Of a stretch of 64,000 nt of DNA, positions 19,210 to 28,676 are shown piece by piece. This stretch comes from Candidatus Binatia bacterium (lineage in GTDB: Bacteria; Desulfobacterota; Binatia; UBA9968; JAJDTQ01): positions 4,192,001 through 4,256,000 of the forward strand of contig OY762897.2 of NCBI GenBank assembly GCA_963666515.2, in the 5' to 3' direction. Position 1 is the first letter of the stretch, and every line of letters starts with the position of its first letter. The notes under the pieces were generated by a model. It ran no database searches. It was given only the letters and a program-made list of their open reading frames with translations, and was not told where the DNA came from. Position numbers and translations under genes: made by a program.

Positions 19210-19829
19210 CCCCTCTTTGAGTAAGATTGGTATATAATTCCCTGGAAGGCGGGATACTTACTTACTCGAGGACGTCGCCGCTACAGGTTTCGCCGAGGAG
19301 CAACGGTTTAATCGAGGGCAATGAGTGAGGCGCCCACTTATGGAACCGAAAAATGCTTGAAACCTGTAGATTATGCCAACAACCGGCTGAACTCTGTCGA
19401 TCACATGTGATACCAGAGTGGGGATACGAAGGAGCCTATGACGACAACCACAAATATGTTGCATTTGACGTGTTGAACCAGGAGAAAGGCAAACCTCAGC
19501 AAAAAGGAGAGAGGGAGAATCTGCTTTGCAAGAGGTGCGAAACGGTTTTTAGCGTCTGGGAAAATTATGCGAAAGCCATTTGGCACCAGAAGATAGGCCA
19601 ATGGAAATACCTCGACGGTGGCGGACTGCTGGGAACTAGGCTAGACTATCAGAAATTGAGGCTATTTCTACTTTCTCTCCTTTGGAGATTTGACGTCGCC
19701 ACGGGTGATATCGGGGAAAACGTATGGCTTGGTCCGCACAGCGAAAAAATTAGACAGATGTTGTTGAAAAGAACCGCTCCAAAGCCGACGTTGTATCCTT
19801 GTATGATGATGCGAGTTCTGGAAGATAAA

Positions 19830-21494
19830 CTCGATTGTTGCAAAAACCACGGCTGAATTTAAGAGTCAGGCGCGGGGCGTGAGGGCTGCGAGGGCGTGAC
19901 GCAGTTCTGCTTCGAGATTCGGATTGGTATTCATCGACAGGATGAGCTTGCCGGCGGGGCGAATGATACGTCCGGCTCGTTGAATGAGGGTACGGCGCAG
20001 GGTTCCGATTTCGCGGAAGCACCACAGGGCGGGGCGCTTGGCTGTGGTGGAACGCTCACGGGGGTGGATTCGCATCTGGAGTTCGCGGGTGAGGTTGTGA
20101 GCGAGGATGCTGGCGAACATGTACAACTGGTTCCCGACGCGTGTTTTGACGGGCACGTAGCCCATTTGGCAGTGGGACTTCAACTCGGCGAAGATACCCT
20201 CTTGGGATCCCCGTCCTTCGTGGAAGAGCGCCACGTTGCGTGGGCGGATTCTCTTGTTGGTGACGATGACCTTGAACTCGTACCCATGGGAGACCGGCTT
20301 GAAGAGGTCGAGTTGGATTTCCTCCTTGTCCTGGTATCGGACGGGTTTTCTGATGAAGACGAAGCGATAGCGGGTGTTCCAGGACTTGGGCTTCCAGCGG
20401 GTCTCGAAGTAGCCGAGTCCATTGGCCATGGGCCGCCATCGTTGTCTGCCTTCGATCATCCCCTTCAGTTCGGCCAAGCGCTCGAAGGGCACCGAGACGG
20501 TGAAGGTGACACCCAGGGAGTGAAGCCGGTCGACGATATCCCTGCTGAAGAAGGCGCTGTCCATGCGCACCTCGATCCTGGCCCGGGGCAGGCTTGCGCG
20601 CACGGTGCACACACAGCCCTGGATGAAGGCATCGGCGCCCTTGGAGTCATGGACGTTTCCCGGCCGATGGTGCACGTCGAGCACCTGGTCGGTCTGGGCC
20701 ACGGTGCAAAACAGGGGGTAGTAGCTGCGCGCCCCTTTCTTCTTCTTGTTGAACCCCACCGCGGTGCCCTCGGCGTGGCGCCCGGTGCTCAAGACCGAGC
20801 CGTCGAAGTCCAGGGTGATAGTCGCGAAACCTTCGGCCACCAGGCGCTCGATGACCACCGTTCTCGACTCGGCGCGGACGTTGTCGACGCTGCACGCGTC
20901 GGCACTCTTCAGCGAGCGGCTCACGGTAGACACGTCCGGCAAGCGTTTCAGCCCAAGCAACCGCCGGACCAGTTCATCATCCCGGTAGTACGCCAAGTCT
21001 TGCAACTGTCGGTGTCCGATGATGAGATGCACCACCAGCAGCAGCAACACGACGTGGTGACCGTAGATCGGATTGGCTTTCAGGTGGCGGAAGCACCGCC
21101 CCAGCCGCTCCTTGAGACCCAGGTGGGAAAAGAAGCACTGAAAGAGGATGAGCCCCGAATACGATGTCAGTTTCTGCGGCTCGAATCGAACCTCCATGCC
21201 CAGCGTGGCTTTACCTCGAACCGCGGTTCTGCTAAGTTTCATTTCGTGGTCTCCGTTTCATCGGGTATTGGGATGATACCAACGATGATTATATCAGTTT
21301 CGGAGACCACATCCTTGAGCTCACCTCGTTTTGTTCGAAAAAATGTCGCAACAACCCCCCTCGATTTTATCTCACGGGCGGCTGTGGCTTAGCTTCACAG
21401 ATGGTGAGCCTGAGCTATTTGCCGTATGACACCGGAGAGCCTTTGTAGGACGGCCTGAGCGGGCTCTTCAAGAGGGCGTTTTGCAACTGACGGG
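19830..21494 (-). mobile_element. IS1380-family insertion sequence, copy 1 (1665 bp, TSD TAAA)
   Basis: IRL CCCGTCAGTTGCAAAA (minus strand from 21494), IRR CTCGATTGTTGCAAAA at 19830; TAAA at 19826-19829 and 21495-21498. Confidence 0.9.
19866..21242 (-). CDS. IS1380-family DDE transposase
   Basis: TLDFDGSV, YYPLF, RPGNVHD, RMDSAFF and RGSQEGIFAELK motifs. Confidence 0.92.
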   Translation of the reverse strand: MKLSRTAVRGKATLGMEVRFEPQKLTSYSGLILFQCFFSHLGLKERLGRCFRHLKANPIYGHHVVLLLLVVHLIIGHRQLQDLAYYRDDELVRRLLGLKRLPDVSTVSRSLKSADACSVDNVRAESRTVVIERLVAEGFATITLDFDGSVLSTGRHAEGTAVGFNKKKKGARSYYPLFCTVAQTDQVLDVHHRPGNVHDSKGADAFIQGCVCTVRASLPRARIEVRMDSAFFSRDIVDRLHSLGVTFTVSVPFERLAELKGMIEGRQRWRPMANGLGYFETRWKPKSWNTRYRFVFIRKPVRYQDKEEIQLDLFKPVSHGYEFKVIVTNKRIRPRNVALFHEGRGSQEGIFAELKSHCQMGYVPVKTRVGNQLYMFASILAHNLTRELQMRIHPRERSTTAKRPALWCFREIGTLRRTLIQRAGRIIRPAGKLILSMNTNPNLEAELRHALAALTPRA

Positions 21495-21757
21495 TAAAGA
21501 ATGGAAGAGGGTTGGATTGAGATGGCCGATCAAGGGACGATGGGATGATCAACGTGCATACTCTGTGGCATTCAGAGGAATCGGATTGCTATATATCGTG
21601 GGGAACAGAAAGCTAAAGCCGGAGCAGCAACGAGGATGCATAAGCGTGGATGGAAATATCGTCATGGGAACTAGCCAAGCTGCTGGATGGTCGGGTGGTT
21701 TGGGTATGCTACGAATTTGTTGGCCGGCAGAAGACATTATTCAGGTGTAAGTGAAGA

Positions 21758-23424
21758 CCCGTCAGTTGCAAAACGCTCTCTTGAAGAGCCCGCTCAGGCC
21801 GTCCTACCAAGGCTCTCCGGCGTCATACGGCAAATAGCTCAGGCTCACCATCTGTGAAGCTAAGCCACAGCCGCCCGTGAGTTAAAATCGAGGGGGGTTG
21901 TTGCGACGTTTTTTTGCGGACAAAACGAGGTGAGCTAAAGGATGTGGTCTCCGAAACTGATATAATCATCGTTGGTATCGTCCCAATACCCGATGAAACG
22001 GAGACCACGAAATGAAACTTAGCAAAACCGCGGTTCGAGGTAAAGCCACGCTGGGCATGGATGTTCGATTCGAGCCGCAGAAACTGACATCCTATTCGGG
22101 GCTCATCCTCTTTCAGCACTTCTTTTCCCACCTGGGCCTCAAGGAGCGGCTGTGGCGGTGCTTCCGCCACCTGAAAGCCAACCCCATCTACGGTCACCAC
22201 GTCGTGTTGCTCCTGCTGGTGGTGCATCTCATCATCGGACACCGACAGTTGCAAGACTTGGCGTACTACCGGGATGATGAACTGGTCCGGCGATTGCTTG
22301 GGCTGAAACGCTTGCCGGACGTGTCTACCGTGAGCCGCTCGCTGAAGAGTGCCGACGGGCGCAGCGTCGACAACGTCCGCGCCGAGTCGAGAACGGTGGT
22401 CATCGAGCGCCTGGTGGCCGAAGGGTTCGCGACTATCACCCTGGACTTCGATGGCTCGGTCTTGAGCACCGGGCGCCACGCCGAGGGCACGGCGGTGGGG
22501 TTCAACAAGAAGAAGAAAGGCGCCCGCAGCTACTACCCCCTGTTTTGCACCATCGCCCAGACTGACCAGGTGCTCGACGTGCACCATCGGCCGGGAAACG
22601 TCCACGACTCCAAGGGCGCCGATGCCTTCATCGAGCGCTGTGTGTGCACCGTGCGCGCGAGCCTGCCCCGGACCAGGATCGAGGTGCGCATGGACAGCGC
22701 CTTCTTCAGCAGGGATATCGTCGAGCGACTTCACTCCCTGGGCGTCACCTTCACCGTCTCGGTGCCCTTCGAGCGCTTGGCCGAACTGAAGGGGATGGTC
22801 CAAGGCAGACGACGATGGCGGCCCATGGCGAATGGAATCGGCTACTTCGAGACCCGCTGGAAGCCCAAGTCCTGGAACACCCGCTATCGCTTCGTCTTCA
22901 TCAGAAAGCCCGTCCGACACCAGAACAAGGACGAAATCCAACTCGACCTCTTCAAGCCCGTCTCCTATGGGTACGAGTTCAAGGTCATCGTCACCAACAA
23001 GAGAATCCGCCCACGCAAGGTCGCTCTCTTCCATGAAGGCCGGGGTTCCCAAGAGGGCATCTTCGCCGAGTTGAAGTCCCACTGCCAAATGGGCTACGTG
23101 CCCGTCAAAACCCGCGTGGGGAACCAGTTGTACATGTTCGCCAGCATCCTCGCTCACAACCTCACCCGCGAACTCCAGATGCGAATCCACCCGCGTGCGC
23201 GTTCGACCACAGCTAAACGCTCCGCCCTGTGGTGCTTCCGCGAAATCGGAACCCTTCGCCGTACCCTCATTCAACGGGCCGGACGCATCATTCGCCCCGC
23301 CGGCAAACTCATCCTGTCGATGAACACCAATCCGAATCTGGAAGCTGAATTCCGTCTTGCTCTCGCTGCCCTCACCCCTGACACGTAAGTCACAAATTTA
23401 GCTGTGGTTTTTGCAACAATCGGG
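21758..23424 (+). mobile_element. IS1380-family insertion sequence, copy 2 (1667 bp, TSD AAGA)
   Basis: IRL CCCGTCAGTTGCAAAA at 21758, IRR TTTTGCAACAATCGGG ending 23424; AAGA at 21754-21757 and 23425-23428. Confidence 0.9.
22012..23388 (+). CDS. IS1380-family DDE transposase
   Basis: Same motifs as copy 1; about 26 of 458 aa differ by manual count. Confidence 0.92.
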   Translation: MKLSKTAVRGKATLGMDVRFEPQKLTSYSGLILFQHFFSHLGLKERLWRCFRHLKANPIYGHHVVLLLLVVHLIIGHRQLQDLAYYRDDELVRRLLGLKRLPDVSTVSRSLKSADGRSVDNVRAESRTVVIERLVAEGFATITLDFDGSVLSTGRHAEGTAVGFNKKKKGARSYYPLFCTIAQTDQVLDVHHRPGNVHDSKGADAFIERCVCTVRASLPRTRIEVRMDSAFFSRDIVERLHSLGVTFTVSVPFERLAELKGMVQGRRRWRPMANGIGYFETRWKPKSWNTRYRFVFIRKPVRHQNKDEIQLDLFKPVSYGYEFKVIVTNKRIRPRKVALFHEGRGSQEGIFAELKSHCQMGYVPVKTRVGNQLYMFASILAHNLTRELQMRIHPRARSTTAKRSALWCFREIGTLRRTLIQRAGRIIRPAGKLILSMNTNPNLEAEFRLALAALTPDT

Positions 23425-23539
23425 AAGACCCACTCTAGGTCTGTCCCCGATTGACCGCGTATGCGATCTCCTTCGCAAGGCTCCCACCGGCGAAGTCGCC
23501 CGTTCTCGAAGCACGAAGACCTGTGCCGGTAGTCCGTTT

Positions 23540-23776
23540 CTACTGATGGTCGGTCGGCCTGCCGAACGACTTGTCGAGCTTTTCGAGAACGCGCAACCCC
23601 TCTTCTACGGAACCACGAGCAGCCAACGCACGGAAGCGCGTCTCCGCATCATGCTGTGCGATGGCGATCGTAGAGAGTTCCTCCACCAGCTTGTTCACGC
23701 TCATGTGCCGACTCTTGGCGATCTCCTTCAGTCGGCCATGGGTATCGTCGGGTAAACGGATGGTCACCGTCGACAT
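23540..23776 (-). CDS. RHH/CopG (HicB-like) antitoxin
   Basis: MSTVTIRLPDDTHGRLKEIAKSRHMSVNKLVEE; 3 nt downstream of the PIN gene. Confidence 0.82.
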   Translation of the reverse strand: MSTVTIRLPDDTHGRLKEIAKSRHMSVNKLVEELSTIAIAQHDAETRFRALAARGSVEEGLRVLEKLDKSFGRPTDHQ

Positions 23777-23779
23777 CCT

Positions 23780-24199
23780 TCATCCCTCTGTGATCAAGTC
23801 ACTGGGTGTCAGCACACGCAACCCGGGGAACTGCAGTTCCGTGCGAGAAAAATCACGTTGATTGTGGGTGACGATGACCTCGGCTCCTCCGGCCACGGCA
23901 AGCTCGATCAAATGATTGTCCGCTTCGTCCGGCAGATTCGGTCGCCACAGGTAGTACACGCGCACCCAATGGCAACGGCTCGCAAAAGCCGCCCACAAAG
24001 CCTCTCTATCCTCTTCGGTGATCCGTGAATGACCGAAGATGTCCGGTCGAGACAACACGGCTTCGTGTTCAAGAAACAGAGCTTGGCCCATCAACGGGTT
24101 ATATTCGCCTAGCAAGCAACGCCGGACCACTTCCCGGCTGGCACCGTCAGGACTCAACACAGCAGATACCAGCACATTGGTGTCCACGACGAGTCGCAT
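23780..24199 (-). CDS. PIN-domain toxin (PIN_3 type), toxin-first TA
   Basis: VVDTNVLVSA, WRPNLPDEADNHLIELAVAG, IVTHNQRDF. Confidence 0.9.
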   Translation of the reverse strand: MRLVVDTNVLVSAVLSPDGASREVVRRCLLGEYNPLMGQALFLEHEAVLSRPDIFGHSRITEEDREALWAAFASRCHWVRVYYLWRPNLPDEADNHLIELAVAGGAEVIVTHNQRDFSRTELQFPGLRVLTPSDLITEG

Positions 24200-24227
24200 T
24201 CTATCTTGCTAGCATATATGCTGTCAA
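24198..24227 (-). promoter_or_regulatory. Sigma70-like promoter with palindromic operator for the PIN TA
   Basis: Minus strand TTGACA-gcatatatgctagcaaga-TAGAAT; AGCATATATGCT palindrome spans the -35/spacer; the -10 overlaps the annotated ATG, so the true start may be a downstream GTG. Confidence 0.5.
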
Positions 24228-24406
24228 CTCGGCAAATTGGACTGCCGTTGAATCCGCCGGTCGAACTGGACTACCCTTGTGGACCGGCTACGGGTCGTTG
24301 GGGGAGGGTTTCTTGCGCACGAGGTTCAGCGCAATCGACGCCTACCGACATCGCGGGCACGTTGTCGGCGGGTCGGGAGTGTGCCAGCAGCAGGGGTAGG
24401 GGTGCG

Positions 24407-25621
24407 GTGCGTTTAGGACGGGATGGCAGCCTGTCTTCCCTGGCCGTCCGTGATTTCCGGCTGCTGTACATCGCGCTCATCGGCACGTCCGTCAGCTACC
24501 AGCTCCAGCGCACCATCGAGCTGTGGCTGGTCTACGAGATCACGGGCTCGCCGCTGCTGACCGGGTTCACGGGCTTGGTGCGCGGTGCGGCCACCATCGT
24601 GTTCGCCTTGGCCGGCGGGGTCGTCGCCGACCGCATCGACCGCCGCCGGTTCGTCATACTGACCGCGTACGTGAACGCGCTGATCACCCTGTCGCTCGGG
24701 GCGTTGGCGCTTACCGGGCTCATCTCGGTGTGGCACCTCTACCTCGCGGCCTTCGTGAACTCCACCCTCACCACCGCGGCGGGGCCGGCGCGCACCGCCA
24801 TGGTGCCCGGCCTCGTGCCGCGGGAGCTGATGGTGAATGCCTTCGCGCAGATCGCGTCGGCGCGAAAGCTCTCACAACTCGTCGGGCCGGCCGCGGGCGG
24901 CCTGCTCATCGCGGTCGCCGGCTCCGGCTGGACCTACGGCGTGGCCTGCCTGATCTACATCGTGGCAATCCCGGTGACGACGTGCATCCGCTACGAGTCC
25001 GGGCCGCTGGACCGCGAGCAGTCCCCGGTGCAGAGCCTGCTGGAAGGGATCGCCTTCATCCGGCGGAACTCCCTCATCGTCGTCCTGCTGGTGACCGAGT
25101 TCGCGGCGGTCTTCTTCGGCAGCTACCGCGCGCTGCTACCCATCTTCGCCGTGGCCATGGGCTTCGGCGCGGGAGGCCTGGGAATCCTCCTGTCCGCGCC
25201 GGCGCTGGGCTCGCTCCTCGGCGTGGCGGTGGTCATGTGGCTGGGGAACATCTCGTACAAGGGCCTGTTCGTCGCCTTCAGCGTCATGGCCTACGCCGGC
25301 TGCCTGTTCGGCCTGGCGTTCTCGCCGTGGTTCCTCAGCTCGGTGGCGATCCTGTTTGTGGTGGGAATCTTCGACGCGTTGCAGGCCGTGGTGCGCCAAG
25401 TGGTAATCCTGGCCCGCACCCCCGACAACCTGAGAGGGCGCGCCGCGAGCTTCCAGCGCATGCTCGGGGTGGGCGCCCCGTCCCTGGGCGAGGCCCACTC
25501 CGGCGCCGTCGCCGCCCTCATCGGCGCCCCCTGGACCCTGATGGTCACCGCCGCCGTCTGCATCGGCCTCACCGCGGGCTTGGTGGTGAAGCGGCCGGAT
25601 CTGCGGGACCGGGATCTGTGA
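24407..25621 (+). CDS. MFS transporter (EntS/MFS_3-like)
   Basis: RDFRLLY, GGVVADRIDRRR, PARTAMVPGLVP, TPDNLRGR; GTG start inferred. Confidence 0.87.
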   Translation: MRLGRDGSLSSLAVRDFRLLYIALIGTSVSYQLQRTIELWLVYEITGSPLLTGFTGLVRGAATIVFALAGGVVADRIDRRRFVILTAYVNALITLSLGALALTGLISVWHLYLAAFVNSTLTTAAGPARTAMVPGLVPRELMVNAFAQIASARKLSQLVGPAAGGLLIAVAGSGWTYGVACLIYIVAIPVTTCIRYESGPLDREQSPVQSLLEGIAFIRRNSLIVVLLVTEFAAVFFGSYRALLPIFAVAMGFGAGGLGILLSAPALGSLLGVAVVMWLGNISYKGLFVAFSVMAYAGCLFGLAFSPWFLSSVAILFVVGIFDALQAVVRQVVILARTPDNLRGRAASFQRMLGVGAPSLGEAHSGAVAALIGAPWTLMVTAAVCIGLTAGLVVKRPDLRDRDL

Positions 25622-25958
25622 GGGCGGCTTGTGCGGAGGGGGGGAGGTCGTCGAACTGAAGGAACTTTATCGGGCTGTGGCTCTTCTTCAGGGGTGATCA
25701 GGCCTGGGACTTGTAAGGAGTTGAGTAACAGACTAAGCCAGACAAACTAAAAGAAAACGTCTGATCAATGGCAGTCGTTCGTTTCGAGTTTCGCCGGTTT
25801 GAAACAAACGGCCGAAGACCTGCTCATACTGCGGGAGTTTCCCATCCCTCGTGCCTCTCAGCGAGCGAGACGCAACCCGCTTCGGGTGCCGGGTCGGGAT
25901 GGCCGCGCTCCTCGGTTGGGTTCATGGCCCCTGAAATCAGCGACTGTAAGGAGAGTCC

Positions 25959-27752
25959 GTGACGATCCAGCGCTATTCGGTCAATCAACACCCCATCCAG
26001 ACGCTGCTCACCTGGATCGAGTCCGAGGAAATCGCCATCCCCGAGATCCAGCGCCCGTTCGTTTGGAACGCAGCGAAGGTGCGCGATTTCATCGACTCGC
26101 TCTATTTCGGTTATCCGGTCGGTTATCTGATCGCGTGGCGCAATCCGTCGGTTCGGCTGAAAGACGGAAGCGAATCGGCGGGCAAGCGCATCCTGATCGA
26201 CGGCCAGCAGCGAGTAACCGCGCTTCTGGCTGCCATGCTCGGGCGACAGATCGTTGACAAGAATTACAGGAAGGCGCGCATCGCGATTGCGTTCCATCCG
26301 GGCGAGGAACGCTTCGAGGTGACCAATCCTGCCATCCGACGCGACCGGGCATGGCTTGCCGACATCGCCGAGCTGTTCGCACCCGACACGAAACTGCTGC
26401 GGGTTGTCGATGCCTACTGCGACGGCAACGTGGAATCGAACAGGGACGAGATATATGAACGGATCGAACGGCTTCGGGGCATCCTCAACAACTCACTGGG
26501 TCTGATTGATCTCAATGCCGATCTGGACGTCGAGACCGTCTCCGAGATATTCGTCCGTATCAACTCGCAGGGGGTAGCGTTGAACGCAGCCGACTTCGCC
26601 ATGTCGAAGATGGCGGCCAACGAACGGTACAACGGCCACCAGCTCCGCAAGTGCATCGACTACTTCTGTCACCTCGCCGTGGCGCCCGAAGCCTACGACG
26701 ATCTGGCGCAAGACGGCGAATTCGCCCGGACGAGTCACTTCCGGGCCATGGAGTGGTTGAAGCACGAGAAGGAGGACCTATACGACCCCTCCTACACCGA
26801 CATGCTCCGCGTGGCGTTCACAGCGGAGTTCGGCCGCGGGCGCCTCGATGACCTCGTGGCCTTGCTCTCCGGCCGAAATTTTGAGACCCGCGAGTTCGAG
26901 GAGGCGATCGTCGAAGAATCATTCCGCAGGCTCGAAGCGGCGATCTTGCGCTTCATGAAGGAGACGGACTTCAAGCGCTTCGTCATGATTCTGCGCTCGG
27001 CGGGGTTCGTGAATGCGTCGATGATCAGGTCGCAGAATACCGTCAACTTCGCCTACATCCTCTATCTGACGTTGCGCGCGCAACACACCAGCCCGGCGCT
27101 CATCGAGACGCTGGTCCGACGCTGGTTCGTCATGTCCATTTTGACCGGCCGGTACACCGGCTCGCCCGAGACCGCATTCGGCGTCGACATCCGCAACATC
27201 ACCGAATACAACGCGCAAGACTACCTGGAAACGGTGGAGCGGGCAGATCTGTCGGAGGCTTTCTGGGACGCGGGGCTTCCCCAGCAGATGGACACTTCGG
27301 TGGCCAGCAGTCCCTACTTCAACGTCTTTCTCGCGAGCCAAGTCAACGCGAACGACAAGGGGTTTCTGTCGAAAGAACACACGGTGCATAATCTGCTCGA
27401 AGGCGTCTCCCACGTGCATCACGTCTTTCCTCGGAACTACCTGAAGAAGAACGGCCTGTCGCGCAGCCGATACAACCAGATCGCCAACTACGTCGTGATG
27501 CAGGGCGAGATCAACATCGCCATCGGCGACGCCCCTCCATCGGCGTATTTCGGTGCGCTGTGGCGCCAGTGTGAGAACGGCAAACCGCTCTACGGCGGCA
27601 TCACCGATGTCGACAAGTTGCGTGCGAATCTCGAGGCCCACTGCATACCCCAGGGCATGGAGGCAGCCGGGCTCGGCGAATACGACGGTTTCCTGCGGGA
27701 GCGCAGGCTCCTCATGGCCAGGAAAATACGCGACTACTACAAATCGCTGTAG
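25959..27752 (+). CDS. DUF262 + HNH-like protein, single-chain GmrSD-family modification-dependent restriction candidate
   Basis: [18 protein letters not shown] and IFVRINSQG (DUF262); C-terminal [19 protein letters not shown] (DUF1524/HNH-like). Confidence 0.82.
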   Translation: MTIQRYSVNQHPIQTLLTWIESEEIAIPEIQRPFVWNAAKVRDFIDSLYFGYPVGYLIAWRNPSVRLKDGSESAGKRILIDGQQRVTALLAAMLGRQIVDKNYRKARIAIAFHPGEERFEVTNPAIRRDRAWLADIAELFAPDTKLLRVVDAYCDGNVESNRDEIYERIERLRGILNNSLGLIDLNADLDVETVSEIFVRINSQGVALNAADFAMSKMAANERYNGHQLRKCIDYFCHLAVAPEAYDDLAQDGEFARTSHFRAMEWLKHEKEDLYDPSYTDMLRVAFTAEFGRGRLDDLVALLSGRNFETREFEEAIVEESFRRLEAAILRFMKETDFKRFVMILRSAGFVNASMIRSQNTVNFAYILYLTLRAQHTSPALIETLVRRWFVMSILTGRYTGSPETAFGVDIRNITEYNAQDYLETVERADLSEAFWDAGLPQQMDTSVASSPYFNVFLASQVNANDKGFLSKEHTVHNLLEGVSHVHHVFPRNYLKKNGLSRSRYNQIANYVVMQGEINIAIGDAPPSAYFGALWRQCENGKPLYGGITDVDKLRANLEAHCIPQGMEAAGLGEYDGFLRERRLLMARKIRDYYKSL

Positions 27753-27801
27753 AGCGGCGTTCCACTGCGGCCGAATTGGCGGGTCGTCCATCGATACGGT
27801 T

Positions 27802-27842
27802 AACCTTGCAAATCCGGCACGTCATTCCAGAATTGCAAGGTT
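27802..27842. promoter_or_regulatory. Palindrome AACCTTGCAAATCCGG-N9-CCAGAATTGCAAGGTT
   Basis: Perfect 10-bp outer arms; same architecture as 30714-30754. Confidence 0.55.
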
Positions 27843-27936
27843 GGCAGTGTTGGTAGGTGAAATGGGGGAGTCGGTCATGGGCCTTGCAAAATGTTGTCCG
27901 TCAGACTAAACTAACCAGACTAAGCTAGGAACGATC

Positions 27937-28182
27937 ATGCGTACCGTCAACATGCACGAAGCCAAGACGCACCTTTCACGTCTCGTTGAGGCTGCCGTCA
28001 ACGGCGAGCCCTTCATCATCGCGCGCGCGGGCAAGCCCGTGGTCAAGGTGATCGCGGTGGAAGCCTCGGGATCCGGGGCGATGCGCCGGATCGGTTTTCT
28101 GGACGGGCAAATAGCGGTGCCGGAAGACTTTGACCGCATGGGTACCACCGAGATCGAGGCGCTGTTCGAGGGCAAGGAGTGA
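27937..28182 (+). CDS. Phd/YefM family antitoxin
   Basis: MRTVNMHEAKTHLSRLVEAAVNGEPFIIARAGKPVVK...RRIGFLDGQIAVPEDFD; CAGACTAA direct repeats upstream. Confidence 0.92.
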   Translation: MRTVNMHEAKTHLSRLVEAAVNGEPFIIARAGKPVVKVIAVEASGSGAMRRIGFLDGQIAVPEDFDRMGTTEIEALFEGKE

Positions 28183-28565
28183 ATCTCCTCCTGGACACGC
28201 ACGTGTTGCTCTGGGCGGCAGGGGTTTCAGGCCGGTTACCGGACGAGGGGCGCACTCTCCTCGAACAGTTGGAGACGCAGCCGTTCTTCAGCGCCGCGTC
28301 CATCTGGGAAGTGGCCATCAAGAGCGGGATGGGTCGCTCGGATTTCCACGTCGATCCTCATCTACTTCGGCGAGGATTGCTGGAAAACGGTTACACTGAG
28401 TTGGCTGTGACCGGCGCCCATGCGGTAGCCGTGGCTCTGTTGCCGCCACTGCACAAGGATCCTTTTGACCGCATTCTGATTGCCCAGGCACAAGTCGAAG
28501 GGATCACGTTGTTGACGGCTGACGAAGTCGTGGGACGGTACCCTGGCCCGATCCGGGTGCTCTGA
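28179..28565 (+). CDS. vapC: PIN/VapC toxin
   Basis: LLLDTHVLLW, SAASIWEVAIK, HKDPFDRILIAQA, LLTAD; GTGA overlap with the antitoxin. Confidence 0.92.
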   Translation: MNLLLDTHVLLWAAGVSGRLPDEGRTLLEQLETQPFFSAASIWEVAIKSGMGRSDFHVDPHLLRRGLLENGYTELAVTGAHAVAVALLPPLHKDPFDRILIAQAQVEGITLLTADEVVGRYPGPIRVL

Positions 28566-28676
28566 CAGGATCCCGCGGGCCTTGGGTTCTCCCACGCTGC
28601 AAGTCCGACTTCATCCACAGATGTAACCAACAGACTCGACCAATAGACCCCTCTCCCCGTCGCCTCCCTTCGGGCT

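Larger units (their letters stand above)
19353..21750 (+). pseudogene. Zn-binding HNH-like protein gene interrupted by IS1380
   Basis: CRLC..SHVIPE..LLCKRCE in the 5' part; removing the IS and one TAAA joins ...RVLEDK to EWKRVGLRW... in frame (242 aa). Confidence 0.75.

Noticed and set aside
19896-23274. Long ORFs antisense to both transposases
   Set aside because: Shadow frames with no recognisable domain
19830-23424. Composite transposon inserted as one unit
   Set aside because: Each IS has its own distinct TSD and the outer flanks do not match
25768-25958. Possible gene fragment before DUF262
   Set aside because: No family recognisable by eye; cannot be supported without a search
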